In this document: positions 32,262-43,908 of the stretch, piece after piece
How positions within the stretch are numbered: the stretch's first letter is position 1
How the letters are laid out: the number at the start of each line of letters is the position of its first letter
Assembly (NCBI GenBank): GCA_965229545.1
Contig: OZ245887.1
Coordinates: 1,244,443 to 1,308,442 of the forward strand
Length of the DNA: 64,000 nucleotides
Source: Candidatus Megaera sp.
Lineage (GTDB): Bacteria > Pseudomonadota > Alphaproteobacteria > Rickettsiales > Rickettsiaceae
Reading direction: 5' to 3'
Made by a program: the position numbers and the translations under genes
Notes under the pieces: generated by a model
Database searches by the model: none
Told to the model about the DNA's origin: nothing
What the model saw: the letters and a program-made list of their open reading frames with translations, nothing else

Positions 32262-32903
32262 ATGAAAAAAGCGTATATGGCAATGGTGTTATACATTTCT
32301 ACCTTTAGCAATACTGTTTTTGCTATGGATTTTGGTAATCGGGGCGCAAATTATCCGGTAGCGGAAGAAAGCATCTTACTCATGATCCAAAGGAAACTCG
32401 GCGCTCTTGATTTAAAAAAGGAAGAAGAGAGGATGCGCAGGATAACCGAAGAAAGGGTTAGAAACCCTATTCCTGTTTCCGGAATTATGCCGGCAAAGGA
32501 AACAAGGGAGTTTTGGCACGATCCGACTTATATCCTTACCGAGGATGCGTTATTACCTTGTGGACGAGTGTTATACAAAGCAGGCACTAGAGTAAATCCT
32601 TTGGATTACATGGACTTAGATCGCAGGTTGTTCTTTATCGACGGAAGGGAAGAGAAACAGGTAGAGTGGTTAAAAGGTCAGTTGTTACCGGGTAGTAGCA
32701 GCGGAGCGAGGAAAATAGAGGACAGGATTATTTTAGTGGGCGGAAGTCCACCGGAGGTACAGGATAAGTTAGGATTCGAAGTATATTTTGATCAGGGTGG
32801 GGAACTTACAACCAGATTCGGTATTAGGGGAAGTCCTGCGGTAGCCGAGCAGGCCGGAAAAAATCTGAAAATAGTTGAAGTAGCCGTTGATCCGGAAAAA
32901 TAG
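32262..32903 (+). CDS. traW: TraW
   Basis: DFGNRGANYPVAE, DPTYILTED, RVNPLDY, YFDQGGELTTRFGI. Confidence 0.9.
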   Translation: MKKAYMAMVLYISTFSNTVFAMDFGNRGANYPVAEESILLMIQRKLGALDLKKEEERMRRITEERVRNPIPVSGIMPAKETREFWHDPTYILTEDALLPCGRVLYKAGTRVNPLDYMDLDRRLFFIDGREEKQVEWLKGQLLPGSSSGARKIEDRIILVGGSPPEVQDKLGFEVYFDQGGELTTRFGIRGSPAVAEQAGKNLKIVEVAVDPEK

Positions 32904-32954
32904 AGTCGGTAACTGATAAAAATCATAACGAAATGAAAAGAGGGAGTATAAATC

Positions 32955-33269
32955 ATGAGTGTAGTTAAAACTTTACAGGAGCGGATCGAGGAATTGGAAA
33001 AGCAGAGGAAAGAACTGGTTCAGTGGCGGAAGAATGAAATATTTGAGATAATAAATACCAATGGCGGCATTTGCCTGGATAATAGGTTACTTGCAGGTCT
33101 GGCGATTTATGCCTCCATGGAAGAGAACAGGAACGATGCTTTTCTTGAAAAGCTGAAACAAATTGGTTCAAAGGCAACGTTTCCCGGTAGGAGGAAGAAA
33201 CCGGATGCGAAACCTGGTAACCAGAACGGATCAAAAAATAAGGTATTTTGCAATGTTAAAAAAGAATGA
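32955..33269 (+). CDS. small coiled-coil protein, partner of Ti-type TraD
   Basis: LQERIEELEKQRKEL...LDNRLLAGL; translationally coupled to the next gene. Confidence 0.55.
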   Translation: MSVVKTLQERIEELEKQRKELVQWRKNEIFEIINTNGGICLDNRLLAGLAIYASMEENRNDAFLEKLKQIGSKATFPGRRKKPDAKPGNQNGSKNKVFCNVKKE

Positions 33270-33516
33270 ATCCATTTTTGAGAGGAAGAGCGATGCCAGG
33301 AAAAAGATCATGTTAGGCGGTTTGCTGGTTAAGGCTGGTTTTGATCATATGCACCCACATGATGCAAGCGTGCTTTACGGAATGCTCCTTGATTGCAAAA
33401 GAGCCTTGAAGGAGAAACCGGAATTGATGTCCAGGTGGAGGAAAATGGGGCAGGCGTTACTAGCAGGTAAAAATGATAAATTTATGAAACCGGAGCAGAA
33501 AGGGAATGAAACATAG
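33253..33516 (+). CDS. traD: Ti-type conjugal transfer protein TraD (small)
   Basis: RKSDARKKIMLGGLLVKAG...LYGMLLD. Confidence 0.8.
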   Translation: MLKKNESIFERKSDARKKIMLGGLLVKAGFDHMHPHDASVLYGMLLDCKRALKEKPELMSRWRKMGQALLAGKNDKFMKPEQKGNET

Positions 33517-34618
33517 ACCGCAGATACCGGTCTATAAGCAGGGGAATCTTGGCGGATGCTTCCTGTTTATAGACCTAATCGACCTAAAAAAAAGGCAGAT
33601 AGCGATTTTAATAATAGCTATTTTCATACCTGTTTCAGGAGATGCCAGTCTGACATGCAAAGGCCGGTTTGTCAATCCGATAACTGACGTTTGCTGGAGC
33701 TGTTTATTACCTATTTCAATCGGCACTCCCCCTACCGGTATAGAGATTGGCAAGGGCTCAAGTCCCAAAAAACGGGATACTAAGAATCCTAAAAGTCCCG
33801 TCTGTATCTGCAGCAAAGGAACTCCGCCGATACCGATACCCGGTATTTCCATAGGCTTCTGGGAGCCGGTACGTCTTGTAGATATTACAAGAACACCGTA
33901 TTGCATGGTAAATCTCGGCGGAGTTATGCTTGGCTCCGATATGCGAAAAGCTAGCAGTTACAATAGAAGCTATGGGAATAGAACTGCGCATAACAGTTTC
34001 TATCATGTTCATTATTACATCTATCCGCTTATTTACTGGCTTGAACTGATCACCGATTTTGGTTGTCTTGAGGAATCGACTTTTGACGTAGCATATATGA
34101 GTGAATATGACGTTACCTGGAACGATGAGAAACTACAGAGTCTGCTTAATCCTGAAAGTATTCTGTTTGGCAATATGCTAGCTCAGGCGGCGTGCGGCCT
34201 GGACTGCGGAGCGGCTACGTTTAACCTGCCTGACGATAGCATGTTCTGGTGCACGGGGTGCTGGGGTAACATGTATCCGTTTAGCGGTGCCAATGCGGAT
34301 CATATAGGCGGAGTCCAGAATAGCTCATTACTTACTACCAGGATACTGGCCAAGATGCACCGAATAGGTCTGGCGCAGGAAACTTCAACATCGGACGGCT
34401 CAATAAATGGAGAGATCTGTCGTAAATTCAGGGCTCCAAAGATTAAAAAGAGCCAATACAAATTACAGATGGTAAATCCGGCAACAACTTCTTCAGGTAT
34501 AGGGTGTTGGCCGATTGGATTATCCGACATGTTATATAGCAGTTTGAAGGAATATCCGTATGACGGGCAAGATTGGGGGTACTTGATATGGCGCAAGAAA
34601 AATTGCTGCTGGCTCTAG
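33506..34618 (+). CDS. traU: TraU
   Basis: CKGRFVNPITDVCWSC, GFWEPVRLVD, YMSEYDVTW, WCTGCWGNMYP. Confidence 0.92.
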   Translation: MKHRPQIPVYKQGNLGGCFLFIDLIDLKKRQIAILIIAIFIPVSGDASLTCKGRFVNPITDVCWSCLLPISIGTPPTGIEIGKGSSPKKRDTKNPKSPVCICSKGTPPIPIPGISIGFWEPVRLVDITRTPYCMVNLGGVMLGSDMRKASSYNRSYGNRTAHNSFYHVHYYIYPLIYWLELITDFGCLEESTFDVAYMSEYDVTWNDEKLQSLLNPESILFGNMLAQAACGLDCGAATFNLPDDSMFWCTGCWGNMYPFSGANADHIGGVQNSSLLTTRILAKMHRIGLAQETSTSDGSINGEICRKFRAPKIKKSQYKLQMVNPATTSSGIGCWPIGLSDMLYSSLKEYPYDGQDWGYLIWRKKNCCWL

Positions 34619-35280
34619 CGGTCTTAATTCTCGTGTTTCTTGCGGCAAGCAGCAAGGCAGAAGAGAGGATGGAGCTATTAGCAGAACAGGTAGCGGAAGC
34701 TGATAGAGACCGGCTTAAAGGTCTTATAGAGAAATCTCAGGAAATTGTAATGAGTACTATCGCTGAAAAATACAGGGAGTTACTTATGCTACGGCAGCAG
34801 CGGGATGGAGTAATAGAGAATAAGAATTTAACGGGCTCAGGTGGGCTAGGTCGCAATTACAGAGACTCGGTTTTGCTAAAAGTTTTTATCAGTAGCAGTA
34901 TGGGCCCTGAGCTACTTAAAACTTACGTTAGGCAAGCAAGGCGCTACGGAGGGGTTCTGGTATTTAACGGCTTGCCCGATAATTCCTGGGTAAAACTGAA
35001 TAAGACGGTAACGGAAATAGTAGGTAATGAAGAAGGAGTAGGGATACAGATTGATCCTGAGGAATTTGACCGATTCAACATTAAAACGGTACCTGTCTTT
35101 GTACTTATTAAAGAAGCCGACCTGATAACGGGTACATCTGAGGAACCGGCGGAAGATAAGGTTATATACGACAAGGTAACAGGAAATATCGGTATAGAAA
35201 CTGCATTACGTTTATTTGCCGAAAAAGGGGAATTAGGGCTTGAAGCACAAGCAAAACTGGAGAATGCCGGGAATGATTAA
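34573..35280 (+). CDS. trbC: F-type pilin assembly protein TrbC
   Basis: VFISSSM, VLVFNGLP, IQIDPEEFDRFNIKTVPVFV, DKVTGNI. Confidence 0.88.
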   Translation: MGVLDMAQEKLLLALAVLILVFLAASSKAEERMELLAEQVAEADRDRLKGLIEKSQEIVMSTIAEKYRELLMLRQQRDGVIENKNLTGSGGLGRNYRDSVLLKVFISSSMGPELLKTYVRQARRYGGVLVFNGLPDNSWVKLNKTVTEIVGNEEGVGIQIDPEEFDRFNIKTVPVFVLIKEADLITGTSEEPAEDKVIYDKVTGNIGIETALRLFAEKGELGLEAQAKLENAGND

Positions 35281-36338
35281 GATTAGAGTTAAATTAACAA
35301 TGGTTTTATGCGACCTGTTATTGGAAGCGTCTGCTTATGGAGCTTACCGGGATCCGATTGCAAAAACCAATATTAATCCCAAAACGGATTTATTTGAAAA
35401 GGAGATAGAGGATTACGGTACTTTCCGGGATCATATGGGTTCTTTAAAGGAGCAGGCGATTGATGGTATCGCCTCTCCCGGTAATCTTGAATTGATAACG
35501 GATAAAACGTCTGATGAGATTAAGTCGGCGGCAAGTGATTTAAATGTGATCAAAGCAAGCGATTTACAGGTAAAAGGTCAGGAAGAGGTACTAAGAACTG
35601 GTATGACGGAGTTACATGTCGATTATACGGATCCGTTAATAGCCGGACATAAAAAAGATGCCACCCGTATTGCAGAAGCTTCCGGAGTACTGCTTGGAAA
35701 ACTAACGGAGCTATTTAAAGAGTTTGGAATAGATTGCCGGACCGTCAAAGGAAACAAGGTAACCCAACCTGAGTATTATATTGATGTTAAAAAGGAGCAC
35801 GTAAAGGATACCGTTTATACCAGGACTATGTGTGAAGAACCAAGAAACAGGTACAACTGTCATGACAGTCTGACTGTGCGTTGTATTAAACGTGGAATGA
35901 AGTGGGGGGGCGTGGCAGAATAAAACAATTATTATACCATATCAATCAATCCCTTGGCACTGGTGGATTAGAAGTTATTTCCGTCCTACAGACACTAGAG
36001 TAGCAAATAGCTTTAATCGTTTTACGATTAATCCCGTCTATCATCAGGAAATAGCAATATACATAGCAAGTGCTATAGGTGTAAGTTTGTCCCAAATCAA
36101 TGTAGGAACTCAGGATATAACAGTTACTCATATATGGGATGCATTATACCCCGGATATTCACAAAACGTTGTTTCTAATACCTTGCGTGGTGGAGGTATA
36201 CCTAGCGGTCTTTCTATACTTAACGGTCTTTCTGTAAAAGCCTCTAAGGTAACTTTCTATTACCAATATCGGAGCGGTTCTGAAATCTGCGCCGAGTGGG
36301 TTGATGAATGGGATGAGGTATGTGGGTTGGAGCCATGA
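35273..36338 (+). pseudogene. traN: TraN N-terminal cassette 1, frameshifted in G7 run (35904-35910)
   Basis: G7 to G6 gives KWGAWQNKTII... reading openly through to EICAEWVDEWDEVC. Confidence 0.75.
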
Positions 36339-36513
36339 AAATATTAAAGTTACTAATGATAATCCGGATGTTCTCAAATAACAGTTTAAGCGGTTTAGAT
36401 GAGCAGGATAACGGTTTTAAGAATCAGGCTTTCCTTAAGGCATTTGTCGGTAACGGTATGGGAAAGATTTTACCTGATGAAACCGATAAGAACAAAATCG
36501 GAGAATGGCGCGA

Positions 36514-37578
36514 ATGATTAAGATTAGATTTAAATTAACGATAGCTTTGTGCATCCGATTACTGGAAGTAACTGCTTATGGAGCTTACCGGGACCCGATT
36601 GCAAAAACCAATATTAATCCGAAAACGGATTTGTTTGAAAAGGAGATAGAGGATTACGGTACTTTCGAGAAAGCTATGGACGTTTTAAAGGAGCAGGCAG
36701 TTAACGGTATTACTTCTTCCGGAAATCCTCAATTGATATCGGATAAAACGGACGATGAAATTAAAGCCGCAGCAGGTGATTTAAGTACCATCAAGGCAAC
36801 GGATATAGAAGCAAGGGGAAGGGAAGAGGTAGTAAGAACAGGTATAATGGAGGAATTGCATGTTGATTATACAAATCCATTAAATACCGGGCATCAAAAA
36901 GATGCGATTCATATTGCAGAAGCTTCCGGGGTGCTGCTTGGAAAACTAACGGAGTTATTTAAAGAGTTTGGAATAGACTGCCGGACCGTCAAAGGAAACA
37001 AGGTAATTGAACCGGAGTATTATATTGAAATAAAGAAGGAGAAGGTAAAGGACACTGTTTATACCAAGACCATGTGTGAAGAGCCACGAAACAAATATAA
37101 CTGCCGGGATATTCTATCGATGCGTTGTAGTAAACGTGGGATTAGGTGGTGATTGTGGCAAAGCCGTCGGATAGTTATCTCAGGTAGCGAGTTATTTCAC
37201 TCAGGAAAAACCGTATTCTGGGTAGATCATACCGGAAGAAGCTGTTTTGAATACAAACTCTCGGTGGGGCCACGAACTATTGGCGGTTTCTTCAGCGCTC
37301 CTCGTACTATCCCGCCTAATTCCTATCATGTTGCACTGATGAGAGAGTTTCTAGTTACTAAACACCCCGGGAGCACTCTTGATAATATCAGCACCGAGAT
37401 GAGTTCATGGTGGAGTGGCGGTCTGTTTTCGGTAGACGGTTGGTATTACTGTGGTAGGAGGCTCGGTCATAAAGATTATGGATGGAGAAGTTATACGGTA
37501 AATTACCAATATAGGGACGGTTATCCTGTATGTGAGCAGTGCTCAGAAGATTGGAGCGAGACATGTATACTCCAATAA
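36514..37578 (+). pseudogene. traN: TraN N-terminal cassette 2, in-frame TGA at 37150-37152
   Basis: First ~210 aa closely paralogous to cassette 1; RW*LWQ; ends PVCEQCSEDWSETC. Confidence 0.75.
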
Positions 37579-38669
37579 AAAAACTGAATTTTATTCTAGA
37601 AATCTCTATCTGCTGGCTAATCCTGATCTTTGGCAACATGGAAGTTGCAATTGCAGGCACAAGATTCATCTCAAGTCATCCTTGTAGTGATACGGGCAGG
37701 GTTTGCGTAAGCGGCGGCGGAACGCGCAATATAGACGGCTTTGACGTATACCGTGATTGCTGGGAGTGGTCTTATACTAAAACCTGTAATTATCCAAGTA
37801 AGAATAACTGCCGGAGTTATAGCGGGTGCTATTTTGTAGCAAACGGCGGGTGCCTGCTTTTTGATAGTCATGGTAATTGCGTTAATCAGGAGCGGGAATT
37901 TTCCTGTAAAGCCTGGGAGCCCGGAGTAATTGAAAACAAAACCGTCAGGTATGATTTAACGCAAAAAGACGGCCAGGAAGGTCTGATCTGCAAGGGTATT
38001 CCCTGTATGGACGGGAATTGTATAGATAAAAGTTATTTAACGAACGGCGAGATGATGGATTCAATATCGAAGCTTTATGCTTTTAGCAAGATGAAGCCTG
38101 ATAGGGATGGAAATTTCAGTTTATTTCAAGGGTCAGGCCTACACTGTTCTAAAAAAATGGGCGAATATACGAATTGCTGTCGAATAAACATGAAGGGTTG
38201 GGGAAAAGAATTCAGGGCAAGGTGTAATAAGGATGATCAACTGCTTGCAGATAGCAGGTCAAAGAATTTATGTGTTTATGTAGGTAAGGAAAAAATAAAG
38301 TCGCTAGGAGTAACTACCGTTGTTAAACATCATTTCTGCTGCTTTGGCAATATGCTCGATAAAGTGGTGCAGCTGCAAGGTAAAAAACAGCTTGGGTTAA
38401 ACTTCGGTAGCGGAGGTTCACCGAACTGTCGTGGACTGACTCTTGAGGAAATGCAGAGGATAGATTGGGAGCAGGTGGATTTTACGGAGTTCATTGAGGA
38501 TTTCAAAGGAAAGTTTTTTGGTAAATATCAGTCACCTAACCCTGATGAAATTGCAGGAAGAGTGAATAGCTCAATGCCGGGTATTAGAAAAGGGGACGAT
38601 GATCCTTTAGCCCCGCCGAGTAATATGACCGGCTGGAGCAGTAATATACCTGATGAGCTAGAGGATTAA
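37563..38669 (+). CDS. traN: TraN C-terminal cysteine-rich part with its own signal peptide
   Basis: YRDCWEW, FQGSGLHCSK...NCC, CVYVG, HFCCFGNMLDKVVQLQG, PNCRGLTLEEMQRIDW. Confidence 0.88.
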   Translation: MYTPIKKLNFILEISICWLILIFGNMEVAIAGTRFISSHPCSDTGRVCVSGGGTRNIDGFDVYRDCWEWSYTKTCNYPSKNNCRSYSGCYFVANGGCLLFDSHGNCVNQEREFSCKAWEPGVIENKTVRYDLTQKDGQEGLICKGIPCMDGNCIDKSYLTNGEMMDSISKLYAFSKMKPDRDGNFSLFQGSGLHCSKKMGEYTNCCRINMKGWGKEFRARCNKDDQLLADSRSKNLCVYVGKEKIKSLGVTTVVKHHFCCFGNMLDKVVQLQGKKQLGLNFGSGGSPNCRGLTLEEMQRIDWEQVDFTEFIEDFKGKFFGKYQSPNPDEIAGRVNSSMPGIRKGDDDPLAPPSNMTGWSSNIPDELED

Positions 38670-38675
38670 GGGGGC

Positions 38676-39503
38676 GTGATGAGAAGAAGAACCTGCAATA
38701 TTCCGATGTTTTTACTGATTGGATTAACGGTATTGCCTTCTATGGCTTTGGCTGAAGTCGGTTTTTTAGATCAGCGTTACCGTGGCTGGTTATGGTTTGA
38801 AGAAAAGGAGGGAAGATCCAATTCAAAACCCTATTCCGGTGCTAAGGGTAATGAAGTGCTTGATGAAGAAATTACGGTAGAAGAGGCAAAGGGCGAAGTT
38901 GAAGGCATAATAAAAGAGCTGGAAGATTTGCGTTATGTCTATTTGGCCAGGCCGAATTTCAGGACACAGAAAGCCTACCGGGATAAGCTCGGTGAAATCA
39001 TGGATAGGGGAATAAGGATGCAGCAATTATGGGACGAGCAGAACTTCATCGAACCGGAATATCGTGATCTTGTTAACTCCCCGGAAAATGTATTTGCCGT
39101 AAAACTCAATAGAAAAATTAAGGCGGAGGCCGAGAAGGAAATAATCAAGCAATTTGCCAAAGATTATGAACTGGTATTTTTCTATCGTAAATCTTGCCCG
39201 CGGTCGATTGAATTTGAGCCTGTACTGAAATCATTTGGGGATACGTATCAGATTAAAATAGAGGCAGTCAGTGTGGACGGCTCGGAATCCGAATATTTTC
39301 CGAGAAGTAGTACAATCAGTCAGAAAATGATTGAGAAACTCGGTATATCGGCAACACCGACGGTAATAGCAATAAGAAAGGATGCGAAGAAAGCGTTTGA
39401 GCTGATTCGGGGATTTGTCACTTTATCGGAGCTGGAGGAAAATACTGTCAAAGCCTGGCATATTATTGAAGAAAAAGGCATTAATGTCGGGGTAGGTAGA
39501 TGA
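38676..39503 (+). CDS. traF: TraF (thioredoxin-like)
   Basis: GWLWFEE, FFYRKSCP, TPTVIAI, LIRGFVTLSELEE. Confidence 0.88.
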   Translation: MMRRRTCNIPMFLLIGLTVLPSMALAEVGFLDQRYRGWLWFEEKEGRSNSKPYSGAKGNEVLDEEITVEEAKGEVEGIIKELEDLRYVYLARPNFRTQKAYRDKLGEIMDRGIRMQQLWDEQNFIEPEYRDLVNSPENVFAVKLNRKIKAEAEKEIIKQFAKDYELVFFYRKSCPRSIEFEPVLKSFGDTYQIKIEAVSVDGSESEYFPRSSTISQKMIEKLGISATPTVIAIRKDAKKAFELIRGFVTLSELEENTVKAWHIIEEKGINVGVGR

Positions 39504-40897
39504 TACGGGATCTGAAAACATTAATTGCCGGCGTCATATTAATTTTAACTTTTACTGCAAGGGACACCTATGCTAGCGGGCTGAACAAGCTGCTTAAATT
39601 CATCGATCAAAGCGGCGGCATGTCCAATTATAATGCCCCTGCTATTATCCGGGATCAGCAGGGAGGGTTTATGACCGGCGGTTCTTTGCAGATCCGCGGC
39701 GCAAGACCCAAAACATTACAACCGGCACATGTTCAGTTACCGAGTTTTAACTTTGATGCCTGTAGGGGGTCGGGGGATTTTAGATTTGGAGGATTAAGTT
39801 TCATCAATTCTGCCGAGTTCTCAGCTTTTATGAAAAAACTGACGGCCAGTACCGGTGCTTATGCTTTTAAAATGGCGGCAAAGAGTTTCTGTCCGCAATG
39901 TGAGAACATCATTGCCGAGTTTGAAGCAATAGCAAGAGACATAAACAATTTCAATCTGGAGCAATGCGGACTTGCCAAACAGCTAGCCGGTGGATTAGTA
40001 GGGCAACTTGAGGCGGGGCAGGGACAGAGCTGTCTTATGCATAATGCAGTAATGAGGAACGGCAAGGATTTATCCGAGGCACATAAGCTTTGTGCAAATG
40101 GAGCTTCTCCTTACGGTGATCCTGCCGATACGGAGGAGCTTGCATCATTACTCGGGGATAATTTCAATCTGGTCTGGAAAGCGCTCAACAAGGGAAGTTC
40201 CGATTCGGTTGAGTTTAAGGAGTTAATGATGAGCGTTGCCGGAAGTCTGATTGCCACAAAAATTGAAGGAGGATTAAGTCTTAAGCCTCTACCTTCGCTG
40301 ATTGTCGATTCGTCTTTTCTTGAAAAATATATCGGTACCAAAGGGGAGTCAAGCAGGGTGGAGATGTATGTTTGTGATGAGAAGAAGAAATGCCTTGATC
40401 CTAAGGTAGTAGTAATAACATTAACGGTGAAGGATACCTTATACGGCAAAATCGGTACCATACTGGATAGCCTTGTTGATAAGGTAGAGGAAGATGCCAA
40501 AGATCCCATTTTAAGTGACGAGGAAATGGCTCTAATTGAATATTCCTCAATTCCGATCATTCCTCTTATCCAGCAGGAGCTTTCCAGGCACGGTGATAAG
40601 ACAAACATTTTCCTGAGAAACGCGGAATTCATCGATGTAATCTGTTATGAGGTGATGAGTGGATTTTTTGAAGGAATCCTGCATAAAACCCTGAAAGAAG
40701 TAAGAGCTCTGGAATTTGCCCAGGTTGATAGCGGAAAAATAGAGAGGTATCTCGATACGGCGCAGGAAGTACTATCGATGCTGCGTCATACTAAAGAACA
40801 TGCTTATAGCAGGTTGGTAGTGATCATGCAGGCCAAAGAGAGACTACGCCAGCAGGAAGCTGAATTTGATCTGATTTTTGAAAAATTGGGGGCCTAA
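39500..40897 (+). CDS. traH: TraH
   Basis: QQGGFMTGGSL, LPSFNFDACRGSGDFRFGGLSFIN. Confidence 0.9.
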   Translation: MIRDLKTLIAGVILILTFTARDTYASGLNKLLKFIDQSGGMSNYNAPAIIRDQQGGFMTGGSLQIRGARPKTLQPAHVQLPSFNFDACRGSGDFRFGGLSFINSAEFSAFMKKLTASTGAYAFKMAAKSFCPQCENIIAEFEAIARDINNFNLEQCGLAKQLAGGLVGQLEAGQGQSCLMHNAVMRNGKDLSEAHKLCANGASPYGDPADTEELASLLGDNFNLVWKALNKGSSDSVEFKELMMSVAGSLIATKIEGGLSLKPLPSLIVDSSFLEKYIGTKGESSRVEMYVCDEKKKCLDPKVVVITLTVKDTLYGKIGTILDSLVDKVEEDAKDPILSDEEMALIEYSSIPIIPLIQQELSRHGDKTNIFLRNAEFIDVICYEVMSGFFEGILHKTLKEVRALEFAQVDSGKIERYLDTAQEVLSMLRHTKEHAYSRLVVIMQAKERLRQQEAEFDLIFEKLGA

Positions 40898-40900
40898 AAG

Positions 40901-43759
40901 ATGACGCTTGATCTATCGATTTTTACATACGGTTACGGCGATGCCATGTACTATATTCTAAACGGTATTGCAATGATCATGAACAAGAAAGGCTTTATGG
41001 TGATGATCAGGAGCGTTGCCGTTGTAAGTATCATGATCTCGGCAGTCGTATGGTCGACTAATCGTAGTATGGGTATCAGCGATCGTCCCGTGGTTATTAG
41101 AATCATGGCGTTATATTTTGTCATTAACGGTTTACTTACGCCCAAGATGAGTATAAAGATGGAGGACAGGGTTTCAAAGAATATTGAGGTAGTAGATAAT
41201 TTACCGTTCCTGTTTATTCCTGTAGGCTGGCTTGAAGGTGTTGGGGATATGCTAGCAGGAGCTTTAGAGCAGGCAATAAGGCCGGTAATGAAGTCAGACA
41301 GTTTTGAGTATCGCAATTATGGCCTGGCATTTGGGGCACAGATGCAGAGGGAGTCAAAAAACTGGCGCATCAGATCGCCGGAGTTTAATCGAAACATGCA
41401 TAATTTCCTGGATAAATGCGTGAAATACACCGCCGGGATTGCTCACAAATATACGATAAACGATTTACATACATCGGCTGATGCATGGAAACTGGTTAGT
41501 GAAAATGCCGGCGGTATGTCAAGGGTAGGTTTTGTTGTCGGCGGTAAATATCAGAGCATGAAGTGTCATGAAGCGGCAAAATTAATAGAAGAAAGATATT
41601 TTCTGGAGGAATATGAATCAATAATCGGTAAGTATGCAAATTCATTATTTGCCAGAGCAAGTAGCCTTGAGCCAAGCAGACGGCCATATGATAAGGAACT
41701 TGCCAAAAAGACCTTTGCATCAAATCTGGAAGCAGTATTTTCAGGATTTGCCGAAACCGGAAATGCCAAGGATATTATTGTCCAGCAGATGATGCTCACT
41801 GCCATGGCTAACAAAAACAGCGTCAGTAAATACGGAGTGGCAACGGCAAGAGCAAGTCAGGATACGATCTGGGCAATTACGGCGGAACTGGCGCAGGATA
41901 CGTTGCCGATACTGTTTACCCTGGTAAAATGCATGCTTTATGCATCGGTGGTACTTTTGGCACCGATGATGTTACTACCAGGGGGGCTTCGATATTACCG
42001 GACATTTTTGCTTGGAGTATGTTCGGTGCAGTTATGGCCGTTTTTCTATGCAATACTGAATATGTTTGTAGAGATGTATACCGGTATCAGCATTTTCGGT
42101 CTTGATAACGGGATAATAAATTATACGACTTACAGTCAGGTAGGTCATAGTGCCGATAGGATAGCAGCAATAGCCGGTAGCATGCAGATAATGATACCAT
42201 ATATTGCATATCAGGCAGTTGCCGGGTCTGCGGCGGTCTTATGCATTTAAGCGGTCAGGTAATGGGGCAAAGCGCTGCTTCAACTGCGGCAGAAGAACAT
42301 GTCAAAGGTCGTATAAGTATTAATACCGTAGCTATTGATACGATGCAACGGGGCTACCCAAACGGCCCTCAAAACTGATTTTAACAGGCAATTATCGGCG
42401 GGTAGTTCGGTAATCAGTCAGTTAGACGGCTCGCAGGAACGTATTACGCCGGACGGTCATATCCATCATTTAACGGGAGCCGGTCTTAACCTTGGTAGTT
42501 ATACAAACAAGATAGACTTCCGCGGTGAGAAACTAAGTTCCGATCAGCGTGCATTAAACGAAGAGCAGCGGTATATCAGCAGTAAAGGTATGCAGTTAAA
42601 TGACGTACAGACTACCCAGGAGACCTCAATGGAGAGTTATATTACCCAGCTGGCAAAACGTGTTGATAGCGGTGAAAGAATAAATTTCGGTATTCTCGGT
42701 AAAGACGGTCTGGTTCTTGAAAAAGCAGTCAATTATGAACTAGCACACGGAGATCAGTATAATTATGAGAAATACCAAACTAATGCCATAAAAGGAGATA
42801 TTACCGGTAAATTGGATGCAGGCGACCTAGTAGGAAGAGCAATTAATAAATTACCTCTACCCGGTAAATTTAATGAGTATGCCGGGAAGATTCTTTCTAA
42901 AGTCTCGCCTTTTGAACTTAGTGCTTCCATAACGGGTAGTGCTGACTTTGGTAGTACAAATACTCAGGTAATGCAAAAACACTATAATATCAGTGAAGGT
43001 GATCATTGGCGCAGTAATAAGGATGCAATAACGGAAGTTGCCAAAAATACCGACTTTAATAAAAGTATCGGTATAAATCATGAGTTAACCGACACTATTA
43101 CTTCTGCTTCCGAGAAGGTCAAAAATCTGACTTCTGAGATCGGGGTACATCATGAAAGAGCAGAGAACATATCAAATCAGATCAAGCAAGTGGAATCATT
43201 CGGTGAAACCTTTAACATCGACGGTACTCATAAGGTAGAAGAGCGGTTAAAAGCAATGGGTCTAAAGAGTAGGGAAGCACATGATTTAATAGAGAATCCG
43301 ACATCGGCAACTCCGCATCAACGTCGGCAATTTAATGAAGCCAAGAGAGAAGTTGCCGATCAGTTATTCGGTAGCTTATATGGCGTGCCAAATAGGGTAC
43401 CTGAGGCAATTAGTGCGAAGGAACAAACTCTTGAAGCGAAATATGACAACGAATCTGCTGCTTTAAAGAAAAAAGGGGAACAGGAGATTGCAGCAAGAAA
43501 AACCGCAGAGCAGGCCGCATTAAATAACAGGGCTCAAGCAGAAGGACTTGATAAAAGCAGAATACAGAACCAACTTGATACAAATGAACTAGAGTTAAAC
43601 AGGAAGCACAAGAAAATGACTCAAGAGGTACAAAGTCAGGTAGGCAAAAAATTGACTCAACTAAAAGACAGGCAGACTAACCAAGCCAAAGCAGTACAGG
43701 AAGCTGATAAATCAAGGTGGACTAAATGGATTGCAGGTAAAGATTTACCAAAAGAATAA
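40901..43759 (+). pseudogene. traG: TraG (F-type), frameshifted ~42220-42340
   Basis: IFTYGYGD..ILNGIA, VVDNLP, multiple TMs, QLWPFFYAILN; the C-terminal half is in another frame. Confidence 0.88.
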
Positions 43760-43908
43760 GGGTTTTACTAGCGCTTACGGTGGTAAATATTGCTTAACAG
43801 GTAACTACGTGATGGAGAATTGTGCATCTTTCTATGAAAATCACTACTAGAAGATGGTGTATGAGATGGTTTATTACATGACTCTAATCCAAGGTCTTCA
43901 TTGTAGTT

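Noticed and set aside
19229..37152. Several in-frame TGA codons (wHTH, autotransporter, traB, traN-2) suggesting UGA recoding
   Set aside because: In-frame TAA/TAG stops also occur (intron IEP, Rpn, recombinase 2), the expected residues differ (Glu, Gly), and lpxC, traE and traV use TGA as a normal stop
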